Assembly: GCA_027483795.1 (NCBI GenBank)
Contig: JAIXTT010000093.1
Span: 4,238-68,237 of the forward strand
Length of the DNA: 64,000 nucleotides
Source: Hyphomicrobiales bacterium
Lineage (GTDB): Bacteria; Pseudomonadota; Alphaproteobacteria; Rhizobiales; Beijerinckiaceae
Reading direction: 5' to 3'
Under the pieces are notes generated by a model. It was not told the origin of the DNA, did not search any database, and worked only from the letters and a program-made list of their open reading frames with translations. The position numbers and the translations under genes are program-made. Below are positions 45,077-55,148 of this stretch, in pieces. Within the stretch, counting starts at the first letter, position 1. Each line of letters begins with the position of its first letter.

Positions 45077-46341
45077 TGCGTCGCCTGTTCGCCATTCTGT
45101 TCACGCTCGCGGCGGTTTCGCCCGCCACGGCGGAAATGCGCGGTCACGGCGGACCGGTCCGCGCCTTGGCGGTCTCGCCCGACGGCCGCACCGCGATCTC
45201 CGGCAGTTTCGACACCTCGGCGATCCTCTGGTCGCTCGAAAAGGGCACGGCCGAACAGGCGCTGCGCTTCCATGACGGCGCGGTCAACGCCGTCGCCGCC
45301 CTGCCGGACGGCCGCTTCGCCACAGCGGGAGAAGAGGGCCGCATCGCGATCTGGAAGCCCGGCACGCCGGATCCCGTCCTGTCCTTCGAGGCGCACAAGG
45401 GCCCCGTCGCCGCGCTCGCCGTCTCGCCCGACGGCGCGCTCCTCGCGAGCGCCTCTTGGGACGGCACCGCGCGTCTCACCCCGCTCGCGGGCGGCGAGGC
45501 GCGCCTCCTCTCCGGTCATCAGGGCAACGTCAACGGCATCGCCTTCCTGAAGGACGGCACGATCGTCACCGGCGGCTACGACGCCGTGGTCCGCTTCTGG
45601 CCCGCCTCGGGCGGAGAGGCACGCGTCATGCGGCTCGCGTCCCCCGTCAACGCGCTCGCCGTCGCGGGCGATCTCGTCGCCGCCGCCGGAGCGGACGGAA
45701 CCGTGCGCTTCGTCGCGCCGGATCTTCGTCTCGTCCGCGAGGTCGAAACCCAACCCTTGCCCGTCATCGCGCTCGCGGCCTCGCCGGACGGTCGCCGCGT
45801 CGCCGCCGCGCAGATCCGCGGGTCGGTCACGCTGATCGACGTCGCGACGGGGCGCGTCGGCGTCACGCTCGTCGGGCCGGGCCTTCCCGTCTGGTCCGCG
45901 GCCTTCACGCCGGACGGCAAGGAGCTTCTCACCGGCGGCGGCGACCGCATCGTCCGCCGGTGGGACGCCGCGACGGGCGAGCATATCGGCCCGGTCGTTC
46001 CCTCGCCGGGCGTCGATCCCTTGGCCGAGTTCCGCGGCAGCCGCGGCGCGGAAGTGTTCCGCGCCTGCGCCGCCTGCCACACGCTCACCGTCGACGGCGG
46101 CAACCGCGCCGGTCCCACCCTGCACAAGGTCTTCGGCCGGAAGATCGCGACCGCGCCGGGCTACGTCTATTCCGACGCCTTCAAGACCATGGACATCGTC
46201 TGGACGCGCGAAACGATCGGTCGCCTCTTCGAGCTGGGGCCGACGATCGTCACCCCCGGCACCAAGATGCCGGAACAGGTCGTCTCCGATCCCGACGACC
46301 GCAAGGCCCTGCTCGATTTCCTCGAGGCGACGACCCGCTGA
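45076..46341 (+). CDS. exported seven-bladed WD40 beta-propeller fused to class I (c2-like) cytochrome c
   Basis: ATG 45076 shares 1 nt with the upstream stop (TGATG). Signal peptide MRRLFAILFTLAAVSPATA. There are seven repeats of the type GHGGPVRALAVSPDGRTAISGSFDTSAILW. The C-terminal heme domain reads CAACH...GPTLHKVFGRK...GTKMPEQ. Confidence 0.85.
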   Translation: MRRLFAILFTLAAVSPATAEMRGHGGPVRALAVSPDGRTAISGSFDTSAILWSLEKGTAEQALRFHDGAVNAVAALPDGRFATAGEEGRIAIWKPGTPDPVLSFEAHKGPVAALAVSPDGALLASASWDGTARLTPLAGGEARLLSGHQGNVNGIAFLKDGTIVTGGYDAVVRFWPASGGEARVMRLASPVNALAVAGDLVAAAGADGTVRFVAPDLRLVREVETQPLPVIALAASPDGRRVAAAQIRGSVTLIDVATGRVGVTLVGPGLPVWSAAFTPDGKELLTGGGDRIVRRWDAATGEHIGPVVPSPGVDPLAEFRGSRGAEVFRACAACHTLTVDGGNRAGPTLHKVFGRKIATAPGYVYSDAFKTMDIVWTRETIGRLFELGPTIVTPGTKMPEQVVSDPDDRKALLDFLEATTR

Positions 46342-46344
46342 GCC

Positions 46345-47553
46345 TCAGAGCCTGATGATGCGCACGGTCTCGCCCGCCGAAGCCGCAGGGGCCTCCGGCG
46401 GCCGGATCAGCAGCGCGTCGGCTTCCGCGAAGACGCGCAGCATCGAGGAATCCTGCCGCGGGAACTGTGCCACGAGCGGCAAGCCGTGCGCGTCGCGCCC
46501 CGTGATGCGCACCCGCACATAGTCCTGCCGTTTGTCGTTGGCGGGCAAGGCTTCGGCGAGCGTCGCGGGCTCCGACGGATCGCGTCCCGCCTCCGGATCG
46601 CCGCAGAGCGCCCGCACCAGCGGCGTCAGGAACAGACGACCGCAGACGATGGCGGAGACCGGATTGCCCGGCAGGCCGAGAATGCGCGTGCGACCCAGCC
46701 GGCCGAAGATCAGCGGCTTGCCCGGCCGCATCGCCACCCGCCAGAAGCCGAGTTCCATGCCGCGCGCCGTCAGCGCCGACTGCACGAGGTCGTGATCGCC
46801 GACGGATGCGCCGCCGAGCGTCACGATCACGTCCGCCCCCAAGGCTTCCGCCTGCGCGATCCCGCGTTCGAGCGCCGGGAAGTCGTCCGTCGCGATGCCG
46901 AGATCGATCGCCTCGCCGCCCGCCGCTTCGGCAAGACCCGCCACCGCGAAGATGTTCGAGGCGACGATCTGGTCGGGCCGCGCCGCCTCGCCGGGGCGCA
47001 CGAGTTCGTCGCCCGTCGCGAGCAGAGCGATCTTGGGCCGCCGCCGCACGGGGATCGATGCATGCCCCATGGCCGCCGCCAGCGCGACCGCCCGCGGGTC
47101 GAGCCGCCGTCCGGCCCGCAGGAGAACGTCGCCTTCCGCGAAATCGAGCCCCGCCGGGCGGATGTGACGGCCGGGCGCCTCCGCGGCGGTCGGCGTCACG
47201 CCTGCCTCGTCCCGGATCGCGTACTCCTGCAGAAAAATCGTGTCCGCGCCCTCCGGCACCGGAGCGCCCGTGAAGATCCGGACCGCCTCGCCGGGCCCGA
47301 CGCGCCCCGCAAAGGCCCGTCCGGCCGGCGCTTCGCCGATCACCTTCAATGCGCGCCCGGCCGAAAGATCGGCGGCGCGGGCGGCATAGCCGTCCATCGA
47401 GGAAGCGGGGAAGGGCGGTTGCGTCCGCGTCGCCGCGAGGTCGCGGGCCAAGGTCCGGCCCGCGGCGGCGGCGAGGGCGACGAATTCCGTCTCGGTCGGT
47501 TCCGCACCCGCCAGAATGCGGCTCAGGGCGTCCTCGACGAGCAGAAGGCCCAT
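46345..47553 (-). CDS. moeA: molybdopterin molybdotransferase
   Basis: ATG 47553 lies 7 nt after GGAGG. PPFPASSMDGYAARAAD, KIALLATGDELVRPG and VTLGGASVGDHDLV show the full canonical three-domain MoeA. Confidence 0.9.
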   Translation of the reverse strand: MGLLLVEDALSRILAGAEPTETEFVALAAAAGRTLARDLAATRTQPPFPASSMDGYAARAADLSAGRALKVIGEAPAGRAFAGRVGPGEAVRIFTGAPVPEGADTIFLQEYAIRDEAGVTPTAAEAPGRHIRPAGLDFAEGDVLLRAGRRLDPRAVALAAAMGHASIPVRRRPKIALLATGDELVRPGEAARPDQIVASNIFAVAGLAEAAGGEAIDLGIATDDFPALERGIAQAEALGADVIVTLGGASVGDHDLVQSALTARGMELGFWRVAMRPGKPLIFGRLGRTRILGLPGNPVSAIVCGRLFLTPLVRALCGDPEAGRDPSEPATLAEALPANDKRQDYVRVRITGRDAHGLPLVAQFPRQDSSMLRVFAEADALLIRPPEAPAASAGETVRIIRL

Positions 47554-47555
47554 GT

Positions 47556-48035
47556 TCAAGCCTCCGCGCGCCAATCGCCGGATTTGCCGCCGCTCTTCTC
47601 CAGCACGCGCACGCCTTCGATGCGCATGCCGCGGTCCGCGGCCTTGACCATGTCGTAGACCGTGAGACAGGCGACGGAGACCGCCGTCAGCGCCTCCATC
47701 TCGACGCCCGTCTGCCCCGCGAGCTTCGCCGTCGCCGACACGCGGACGCCGGGCAGGTCGTCGTCGAGCACGAGGTCGACCGCGATCTTCGAGAGCAGCA
47801 GCGGATGGCAGAGCGGGATCAGCTCATGCGTCTTCTTCGCCGCCATGATGCCCGCGACGCGGGCCACGCCCAGCACGTCGCCCTTCTTGGCGTCGCCCGC
47901 GCGGATGAGTTCGAGCGTCTCCCGCTTCATCACCACGCGGCCTTCCGCCACGGCGATGCGATGCGTGACGTCCTTTTCCGAAACGTCGACCATGGAGGCC
48001 GCGCCGGAAGCGTCGATATGGGTGAGCTTGGTCAT
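47556..48035 (-). CDS. moaC: cyclic pyranopterin monophosphate synthase
   Basis: [28 protein letters not shown]...[28 protein letters not shown] are MoaC signatures. Confidence 0.93.
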   Translation of the reverse strand: MTKLTHIDASGAASMVDVSEKDVTHRIAVAEGRVVMKRETLELIRAGDAKKGDVLGVARVAGIMAAKKTHELIPLCHPLLLSKIAVDLVLDDDLPGVRVSATAKLAGQTGVEMEALTAVSVACLTVYDMVKAADRGMRIEGVRVLEKSGGKSGDWRAEA

Positions 48036-48859
48036 GCCGTGATCGTCGCCGTTTCGTCACCGAAGAGAAGAGCGCGCGTCGCCGCAGCCACGTCTTCCTT
48101 CCGAATCAGGCTCTCGCCGACGAGATAGGTTCCCACCCGCGACCGTTGCAGCCGTTCGACGTCCGCATGCGTGAAGATGCCGCTCTCGCCCACCACGATC
48201 CGGTCCGGCGGAATGCGCGGCGCGAGGTCTTCCGTCACCGCGAGCGAAACCTCGAAGGTCCGCAGATTGCGGTTGTTGATGCCGACGAGCTTGGTGTCGA
48301 GCGTCAATGCGCGGTCGAGTTCTTCGCCGTCATGCACTTCCACCAGCACGTCCATGCCGAGATCATGCGCGCAATCGGTCAGCACGCGCGCCTCTTCGTC
48401 CGTCACGGAGGCCATGATGACGAGGATGCAGTCCGCACCCCAGGCGCGGGCTTCGAACACCTGATAGGGCTCGAACATGAAGTCCTTGCGCAGCGCCGGC
48501 AGCGCCGTCGCCTTCCGCGCCGCGGTCAGGAATTCCGGCCGGCCTTGAAACGACGGTTCGTCCGTCAGCACCGAAAGACAGGTCGCGCCGCCCGCCTCAT
48601 AGGCCGCCGCCAAGGCGGGCGGGTCGAAATCCGCGCGGATCAGCCCCTTGGACGGGCTCGCCTTCTTGATCTCCGCGATCAGCGCCGGTCGTCCCGCCGC
48701 GAGATGCGTCTCGATCGCCCGCGCGAAGCCGCGCGGCGCGTCGGCGGCAAGCGCGCGCCGGCGGATCTCCTCGGGGGAGACGAGCGCCTTCGCGGCCTCG
48801 ATCTCCTTGCGCTTATAGGCTTCGATGCGGGCGAGGATGTCGGACACGGCGTTCCTCAC
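48032..48859 (-). CDS. trpC: indole-3-glycerol phosphate synthase
   Basis: [29 protein letters not shown] and [13 protein letters not shown] are TrpC motifs. It has 4-nt overlaps with moaC and trpD. Confidence 0.93.
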   Translation of the reverse strand: MRNAVSDILARIEAYKRKEIEAAKALVSPEEIRRRALAADAPRGFARAIETHLAAGRPALIAEIKKASPSKGLIRADFDPPALAAAYEAGGATCLSVLTDEPSFQGRPEFLTAARKATALPALRKDFMFEPYQVFEARAWGADCILVIMASVTDEEARVLTDCAHDLGMDVLVEVHDGEELDRALTLDTKLVGINNRNLRTFEVSLAVTEDLAPRIPPDRIVVGESGIFTHADVERLQRSRVGTYLVGESLIRKEDVAAATRALLFGDETATITA

Positions 48860-49869
48860 GCGTTCGAAACGGAGACGAGCTTCTCGAGCGCCTTGCGCGC
48901 CCGCCCGTCGTCCACGGCCGCCGCGGCGAGCTTCACGCCCTCCTTCAACGAATTGGCGCGACCCGCCACGACGAGGCCCGCGCCCGCATTGATGAGCGCG
49001 ATGTCGCGATAGGCCGTCCGCTTGCCCGCCAGCACGTCGCGCAGCGCGGCGGCATTATGCGCCGGATCGCCGCCCTTGAGGTCGGCCGGGTCGGCACGGT
49101 CGAGTCCGGCTTCCTCCGGCGTCACGACGAAGCGCCGGATCGCGCCGCCTTCGAGCGCGCAGACCATCGTCTCGCCCGTCGTCGTGATCTCGTCGAGCCC
49201 GTCCGAACCATGCACGATCCAGACGGTCTCCGCGCCGAGCGTCTTCAGAACATGCGCGAGCGGTTCGAGCCAAGTCTCCGAAAAAACGCCGAGAACCTGC
49301 TTCTTTACGCCCGCGGGATTGGACAGCGGGCCGAGCAGGTTGAAGATCGTCCGCGTCCCGAGCTCCACACGCACCGGCGCGACATGGCGCATCGAGGCGT
49401 GATGCGTCTGCGCGAACATGAAACCGACGCCCGCCTCGCGGATGCAGCGGTCGACCCCCTTCGGGTCGAGCCCGATCTTCACGCCGAGCGCGGAGAGGAT
49501 GTCGGCGGCGCCCGATTTGGAGGACGCCGCGCGATTGCCGTGCTTGGCGACATGGACGCCGCAACCCGCGAGGATCAGCGAGGCGAGCGTCGAGACGTTC
49601 CAGCTGCCCGAATTGTCGCCGCCGGTACCGACCACGTCGATCGCGCCGGGGACGGTGTCGACGCGCAGCATCTTGGCCCGCATGGCCTGCACCGCGCCCG
49701 TGATCTCGTCGACGGTCTCGCCGCGGACGCGGAGCGCCATCAGGAACGCTCCCATCTGCGCGAGCGTGGTCTCGCCCGACAGGATCACCCCGAAGGCGTG
49801 TTCGGCCTCCTCGCGCGTGAGCGGTGCGCCCGTGGCGAGCTTGGCGATGAGCGGCTTGAACGAATCCAT
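48856..49869 (-). CDS. trpD: anthranilate phosphoribosyltransferase
   Basis: The internal ATG at 49869 gives [11 protein letters not shown]...[17 protein letters not shown]...[18 protein letters not shown]. Confidence 0.93.
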   Translation of the reverse strand: MDSFKPLIAKLATGAPLTREEAEHAFGVILSGETTLAQMGAFLMALRVRGETVDEITGAVQAMRAKMLRVDTVPGAIDVVGTGGDNSGSWNVSTLASLILAGCGVHVAKHGNRAASSKSGAADILSALGVKIGLDPKGVDRCIREAGVGFMFAQTHHASMRHVAPVRVELGTRTIFNLLGPLSNPAGVKKQVLGVFSETWLEPLAHVLKTLGAETVWIVHGSDGLDEITTTGETMVCALEGGAIRRFVVTPEEAGLDRADPADLKGGDPAHNAAALRDVLAGKRTAYRDIALINAGAGLVVAGRANSLKEGVKLAAAAVDDGRARKALEKLVSVSNA

Positions 49870-50486
49870 CAGCGGGAACCCGAAAGCGACGGCCGGTGCG
49901 CCTTGTTCCAGGCGGCGGCGAGGTCGAGGAAATTGCGGAAGATGGTTTGCCCGTGCTCGGACAGGATGCTTTCCGGGTGGAACTGCACCCCGTGCACGGG
50001 AAGCGTCTTGTGCGAGGCGGCCATCACGAGGCCGTCCTCGCTTTCGGCCGTCACGGCGAGGACGTCCGGCATCGTGCCGCGATCGATCACCAGCGAGTGA
50101 TAGCGCGTCGCACGGAACGGCCCGTTGATCCCGCGGAACACCGTCTCGCCGCGATGCCCAATGGTCGAGACCTTTCCGTGCATCGGCATCGGAGCGCGCA
50201 CGACGTCGCCGCCGAAGGCCTGGCCCATCGATTGCAGCCCGAGACACACGCCGAACATCGGGATCGTCGCGGAGGCCTTGGCGATGAGATCGAGGCAGAC
50301 GCCCGCCTCGTTCGGCGTGCAGGGACCGGGCGAGAGCACGATCGCGTCGGGCCCCTCGGCCATGATCTCGTCGGCCGTCATCGCGTCGTTGCGCACCACC
50401 TTCACCTGCGCCCCGAGCCGGCCGAGGTCGTGATAGAGGTTCCAGGTGAAGCTGTCGTAATTGTCGACCAGCGTGACGGCGGTCAT
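49869..50486 (-). CDS. trpG: anthranilate synthase component II (glutamine amidotransferase)
   Basis: The internal ATG at 50486 gives [19 protein letters not shown]...GVCLGLQ (catalytic Cys)...GVQFHPES. Confidence 0.92.
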   Translation of the reverse strand: MTAVTLVDNYDSFTWNLYHDLGRLGAQVKVVRNDAMTADEIMAEGPDAIVLSPGPCTPNEAGVCLDLIAKASATIPMFGVCLGLQSMGQAFGGDVVRAPMPMHGKVSTIGHRGETVFRGINGPFRATRYHSLVIDRGTMPDVLAVTAESEDGLVMAASHKTLPVHGVQFHPESILSEHGQTIFRNFLDLAAAWNKAHRPSLSGSR

Positions 50487-50562
50487 GAACGCGGCTCCCT
50501 TCCGTCTCCCGCGAGGAGGGGTGAGAAGAAACGCCGATCCGCCCGCAAACCGCAAGCCCGCA

Positions 50563-52080
50563 TCACTGCCCCCGTTTCGCGACGGAGGCGAAGCGCAGCG
50601 CCTCTTCCGCCGCACGGAACAGCGCCTTTGCCTTGTTCACGCATTCCTGCTGCTCCGAGGCCGGGTTCGAATCGTGCACGATGCCCGCGCCCGCCTGCAC
50701 ATGCATCCGGCCGTCCTTCACCAAGGCCGTGCGCAGCACGATGCAGGTGTCCATCTCGCCGTTCGCGCCGAAATAGCCGATGCAGCCCGCATAAAGGCCG
50801 CGCTTGTCCCGCTCCAGTTCGTCGATGATCTCCATCGCGCGCACCTTCGGCGCGCCCGAGACCGTCCCCGCCGGGAAGCCCGCGGCCAGAGCGTCGAGCG
50901 CATCATGACGTGCGTCGAGCCGTCCTTCGACATTCGAGACGATGTGCATCACCTGGCTGTAGCGCTCCAGGAAGAAGCTGTCCGTCACCGTGACCGTCCC
51001 GATCTCGGAGACGCGCCCGACGTCGTTGCGGCCGAGATCGAGCAGCATCAGATGCTCCGCCCGTTCCTTCGGATCGGCGAGCAGATCCTCGCCGAGCGCC
51101 TTGTCTTCCGCCGCGCTCGCGCCGCGCGGACGCGTTCCCGCGATCGGTCGGATCGTGACCTTCCCGTCGCGCACCCGGACGAGGATTTCCGGCGAGGAGC
51201 AGACCACCTGAAACCCGCCGAAATCGAGATAGCAGAGAAACGGCGCGGGGTTCACGCGCCGCAACGCGCGATAGAGCGAAAAGGCGGGCAGCGTGAAGGG
51301 GGCCGTGAACCGCTGCGAGAGAACCACCTGAAAGATGTCGCCCGCGCGGATGTATTCCTTCGCCTTGGCGACCATGCCGAGATAATCGGCCTCCGGCGTA
51401 TTGGAGACGGGCGTCGGCACGGGCGTTTCCGCCCCGTCCCGCGCGCCGTGGGGCAGGGGAGCCTCGAGCCTCGCGGTCACGCCTTCGATGCGGTCGAGCG
51501 CCGCTTCATAGGCCGCCTTCGCGCCGACGCCCGGCTCGGTCCGAACGGGCGTGATGACCGTGATCTCGTCCTTCACCGCATCGAAGACGACCATCACCGT
51601 CGGCCGCACGAGGATCGCGTCCGGAACGCCGAGAATGTCGGGCTTGGCCGCGGGCAGGCGCTCCATCGCCCGCACCATGTCGTATCCGAGATAGCCGAAC
51701 ACGCCCGCCGCCATGGGCGGCAACGCATCCTCCGCGGGTACGGCGCTTTCGGCCAGCAGCGCCCGCAGCGCCGACATCGGATCTCCCGCGACCGGCGAGA
51801 ACGCGTCGCGCGCGACGAGCGCCGTCCGGTTGATCTCCGCCTTGCCGTCGATGCAGCGCCAGATCACGTCCGGCGCGAGCCCTATCATCGAATAGCGCCC
51901 GCGCACCGCCCCGCCTTCGACCGATTCGAGGAGGAACGTGTCCGCCGCACCGCCCGCGGTCAGCTTCAGATAGGCCGAGACGGGCGTCTCCAGATCGCCC
52001 ACGAGCGAGGTGCCCACGAGCTGCGCCGTGCCCGCATCGTACAAGGCCTCGAAGGTCTCGAAGGAGGGGAGACGCGCCAT
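50563..52080 (-). CDS. trpE: anthranilate synthase component I
   Basis: 505 aa. LLESVEGG, the FPAGTVSGAPKVRAMEIIDELE and GCIGYFGANGEMDTCIVLRT chorismate-binding blocks. Confidence 0.93.
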   Translation of the reverse strand: MARLPSFETFEALYDAGTAQLVGTSLVGDLETPVSAYLKLTAGGAADTFLLESVEGGAVRGRYSMIGLAPDVIWRCIDGKAEINRTALVARDAFSPVAGDPMSALRALLAESAVPAEDALPPMAAGVFGYLGYDMVRAMERLPAAKPDILGVPDAILVRPTVMVVFDAVKDEITVITPVRTEPGVGAKAAYEAALDRIEGVTARLEAPLPHGARDGAETPVPTPVSNTPEADYLGMVAKAKEYIRAGDIFQVVLSQRFTAPFTLPAFSLYRALRRVNPAPFLCYLDFGGFQVVCSSPEILVRVRDGKVTIRPIAGTRPRGASAAEDKALGEDLLADPKERAEHLMLLDLGRNDVGRVSEIGTVTVTDSFFLERYSQVMHIVSNVEGRLDARHDALDALAAGFPAGTVSGAPKVRAMEIIDELERDKRGLYAGCIGYFGANGEMDTCIVLRTALVKDGRMHVQAGAGIVHDSNPASEQQECVNKAKALFRAAEEALRFASVAKRGQ

Positions 52081-52084
52081 CGGA

Positions 52085-53983
52085 TCACTCGGCGCCCGCG
52101 CCGAGCGCGAGACGCAGACCCGCCGGGTTCAGCGCGACGCCGAGTTCCTTCTTCGACTCCGACACGTAGATGTTGACGATGTCGTCGCCCAGCGCGAGCT
52201 CCAGATCCTTGGCGAGCGCCTTGGCGGCTTCCGCGTCGATGGCGGGCGTTTCGGCCTTCACCACCTTGAACACCACCCGTTCGTCCTGCCGCTTTCCGAG
52301 CGCTGCGGCGACCTTGTCGACGGGCGTCAGAAAGATCTGCGAGACCGCCGCCGGCGACAGGCCCTCGGGCGCCGCCGTCCGCACCATTCCGGAAGCGGTG
52401 ATCACGTTCGCCCCCAGCGAGGCCGCGACGTTCTTGAAGTCTTCGCCGCCCGCGATCCGCCGAACGGCGTCGGCGGCCTTCGCCGAGACGAGGTCGGCCG
52501 TCTTCTCGGCGGTCCAGACCGCCTCGACCTGCGCACGCGTCTCGGCGAGCGTGCGCTCGCGCGCGCCCTCGATGCCGTCCACCGAAAACCAGATCCAACC
52601 GCCGTCGCGCGTCGCGATCGCTTCGTTGTCGACCCCGACGTCCGAAGCGAAGATCCCCGGCACGAGGGCCGTGGGCTCCGGCACGCGGCCCGGCGCACCC
52701 GCCTTGTCGCGGCCCGTCCGGTCGATCTCCACGGCCGCGAGCGTGAGCCCGGCCTCCTTGGCGATGTCGGCGAGCGAGCGGGCCGAAGCGCGCTGATCTT
52801 CGATCTTGTCGTGCAGTTCGCGCACCTTGTCGACGGCCCGCGTCCGGGCGATCTCCGCCGCGAGCACCGGCGCCGCTTCCTCGTAGCTCACGACCCTTTC
52901 GGGCTCGATCGCGGTCACCAGCACGAAGACTTGTCCGAACCGTCCGGCGACGGGCCCCACGGCCGTCCCGACCGTGGCCGAGAAGGCCGCCTCGGCCGCG
53001 ACGGCGTCGACGATCTCCCGCCGCGTCACGAGGCCGAGATCCACGTCGGATTCCTTCATCCCGAGTTCGGCGGCCACCGCGTCGAAAGCGTTACCGGCGG
53101 CGAGCTTCTCGGCGGCCGTCTTCGCCTTTTCGGCGTCGTTCAGCACCATCTGCCGCACCGCCCGGCGTTCGGGCGAGGTCAAGCGCGTGGCCTTGATGCG
53201 GTCATAGGCGGCGCGGATGTCGGCCTCCGCCACGGCCTTGGGGTCGGCGACGGTTGCGGGCGTCAACGCGAGAACGGTCGCCTTCCGGTATTCGGGAGCG
53301 CGGAACTCGGCCTTCCGGCCGTCGAAGAAACTCGCGAGCTCGGCCTCGGTCGGCGCGGGGATCGTGCCCGCCGCCTCAGCCCCGAGCGTGAAGGCCACCA
53401 CCTCGCGCGTTTCGGCACGATAGCGGTTCACGGCGTCGATCAGCGAGCCGGGCACGCCCGGAGCGCCCGCCAGCGCTTCCGCGATCTGGCCGCGCAGATA
53501 GACGTTGCGCTGGCCTGTCAGGAAGCTCTTCTCGGAGAAACCGTTGGCCCGGAGGATCTCGTCGAACATCGCGCGGCTGAAGCGGCCGTCCGATCCCTTG
53601 AAGTTCGGATCGTCCAGCACCGCCTTGGCGATGGTCTCGTCGGAAATGGCGAGGCCGTACTGCTTCACCCGCGCGTCGAGCGCGGCATCGGAGACGAGCT
53701 TGTCGAGCACGCGGCGGTCGAGACCGAGCTGGCGCGCCTCGTCGCCCGTCAACGTCCGCCGGATGCGGCGAGAAATGCCCTGAATCTCGTTCTGATAGGC
53801 TTCACGGAAGGCCTGCACGCCGATTTCGGTCGAGCCGACCTTGGCGACATGCTGCGCCCCGACGCCGCGGATCATGTCGCCGATGCCCCAGACCGCGAAG
53901 CTCAGGATCAGCAAGCCGAAAAGTACGGCGACGACGATGCGGCCGAGCCACGTCTGCCCCGCCTTGCGAAAGCCCTGCATCAT
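52085..53983 (-). CDS. membrane-anchored periplasmic chaperone / peptidyl-prolyl isomerase (PpiD-like, SurA_N domain)
   Basis: N-terminal anchor [25 protein letters not shown], then a long SurA_N/rotamase-like periplasmic region. It is 632 aa. Confidence 0.82.
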   Translation of the reverse strand: MMQGFRKAGQTWLGRIVVAVLFGLLILSFAVWGIGDMIRGVGAQHVAKVGSTEIGVQAFREAYQNEIQGISRRIRRTLTGDEARQLGLDRRVLDKLVSDAALDARVKQYGLAISDETIAKAVLDDPNFKGSDGRFSRAMFDEILRANGFSEKSFLTGQRNVYLRGQIAEALAGAPGVPGSLIDAVNRYRAETREVVAFTLGAEAAGTIPAPTEAELASFFDGRKAEFRAPEYRKATVLALTPATVADPKAVAEADIRAAYDRIKATRLTSPERRAVRQMVLNDAEKAKTAAEKLAAGNAFDAVAAELGMKESDVDLGLVTRREIVDAVAAEAAFSATVGTAVGPVAGRFGQVFVLVTAIEPERVVSYEEAAPVLAAEIARTRAVDKVRELHDKIEDQRASARSLADIAKEAGLTLAAVEIDRTGRDKAGAPGRVPEPTALVPGIFASDVGVDNEAIATRDGGWIWFSVDGIEGARERTLAETRAQVEAVWTAEKTADLVSAKAADAVRRIAGGEDFKNVAASLGANVITASGMVRTAAPEGLSPAAVSQIFLTPVDKVAAALGKRQDERVVFKVVKAETPAIDAEAAKALAKDLELALGDDIVNIYVSESKKELGVALNPAGLRLALGAGAE

Positions 53984-54164
53984 GAGACGAACGATCCGGT
54001 TCCGAGGAGGCGGGGAGGGGTCCCCGCGAAAAGCGGCGCATCATAGGGACGGGGGTCCCCTCCCGCAACGGGAGCGAGCCGTCGATCTGCGTTCCGCGTC
54101 CCTCTTTCTGTTCGGCCCCGCCTCTGCTAACCGGAACCGCGCTTCATTCGGGAGGAAACGACGC

Positions 54165-54929
54165 ATGACTCCGGGCATTCGGCCGCTCGTCGCGGGCAAT
54201 TGGAAGATGAACGGCCTCGAGGCTTCTCTTTCCGAAATCATGGCCATGGCCGCGCGTTTCGATGCGGGCCTGCGCGAACGGACGGATCTTCTGGTGTGTC
54301 CGCCCGCCACCATGATCGCGGCCGCGGCGCGCGCCGCTTCGGGCACCGGAATCGCCGTCGGCGGGCAGGACTGCCACGCCAAGGAATCGGGCGCGCATAC
54401 GGGCGACGTCTCCGCCGAAATGCTCGCCGATGCGGGCGCGACCCATGTCGTCGTCGGCCATTCCGAGCGCCGCACCGACCACGCCGAATCGGACGCCGTC
54501 GTGAAGGCCAAGGCCGAAGCCGCCCGTCGCGCGGGTCTGATCGCGATCGTCTGCGTCGGTGAAACGCGTGCCGAACGTGAGGCGGGCCGCACGCTCGACA
54601 TCGTGCGTGGGCAACTTTCGGGCTCCATTCCCGCGGGCATGTCCGCCGCCGATCTCGTGATCGCCTACGAGCCCGTCTGGGCGATCGGCACGGGCCTGAC
54701 TCCGACCGCCGCCGATGTGGCCGAGGTCCATGCCGCGATCCGTTCGGCTCTGGCCGGATCGGTCGGCGCGCCGGAAGCCGCGAAGGTCCGCATCCTCTAC
54801 GGCGGATCCGTGAAGCCTTCGAACGCCGTCGAACTGATGAGCGTCGCCGATGTCGACGGCGCGCTCGTGGGCGGAGCCAGCCTCAAGGCCGCCGACTTCA
54901 TGGCCATCGCCGACGCCTTCCGCGCCTGA
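54165..54929 (+). CDS. tpiA: triose-phosphate isomerase
   Basis: ATG 54165 lies after [23 protein letters not shown] and [11 protein letters not shown] are TIM signatures. Confidence 0.94.
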   Translation: MTPGIRPLVAGNWKMNGLEASLSEIMAMAARFDAGLRERTDLLVCPPATMIAAAARAASGTGIAVGGQDCHAKESGAHTGDVSAEMLADAGATHVVVGHSERRTDHAESDAVVKAKAEAARRAGLIAIVCVGETRAEREAGRTLDIVRGQLSGSIPAGMSAADLVIAYEPVWAIGTGLTPTAADVAEVHAAIRSALAGSVGAPEAAKVRILYGGSVKPSNAVELMSVADVDGALVGGASLKAADFMAIADAFRA

Positions 54930-54941
54930 CGCGCCCCCGCC

Positions 54942-55055
54942 GTCATGCCCGCGCCCCCACCGTCATGCCCGCGCATGCGGGCATCCACGTCTTGCCTCCG
55001 ACATCGCAAGGAAGACGTGGATCCCGGCGCTGCGCTGCGCTCCGGCCGGAATGAC
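54942..55055. repeat. best-preserved copy of the palindromic intergenic repeat family
   Basis: A half-unit GTCATGCCCGCGCCCCCAC is followed by the full unit GTC-ATGCCCGC-GCAT-GCGGGCAT (8-bp hairpin, 54965-84). Next comes an 11-bp stem ATCCACGTCTT (54983-93) pairing with AAGACGTGGAT (55012-22). The unit ends CCCGGCGCTGCGCTGCGCTCCGGCCGGAATGAC. Confidence 0.72.
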
Positions 55056-55148
55056 GACGAGAGCGACGCCCCCGGCCGCTCCCCGCACCCCTTTCTATCC
55101 GCGCTCGAACCGGCTAAAGAATAAGCACCCTCCCGAGCTGCACGAAAA

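Noticed and set aside
52010-54046. Other long antisense ORFs: 52010..54046 (+), 58667..61183 (-), 13795..15654 (-), 36309..38270 (-), 57169..58971 (-), 61003..62607 (-) and 20..22-kb examples.
   Set aside because: Each mirrors a confidently assigned gene on the other strand (ppiD-like, ntrY, GT39, tolC, ntrC, ntrX, aapQM). The same compositional artefact explains them.
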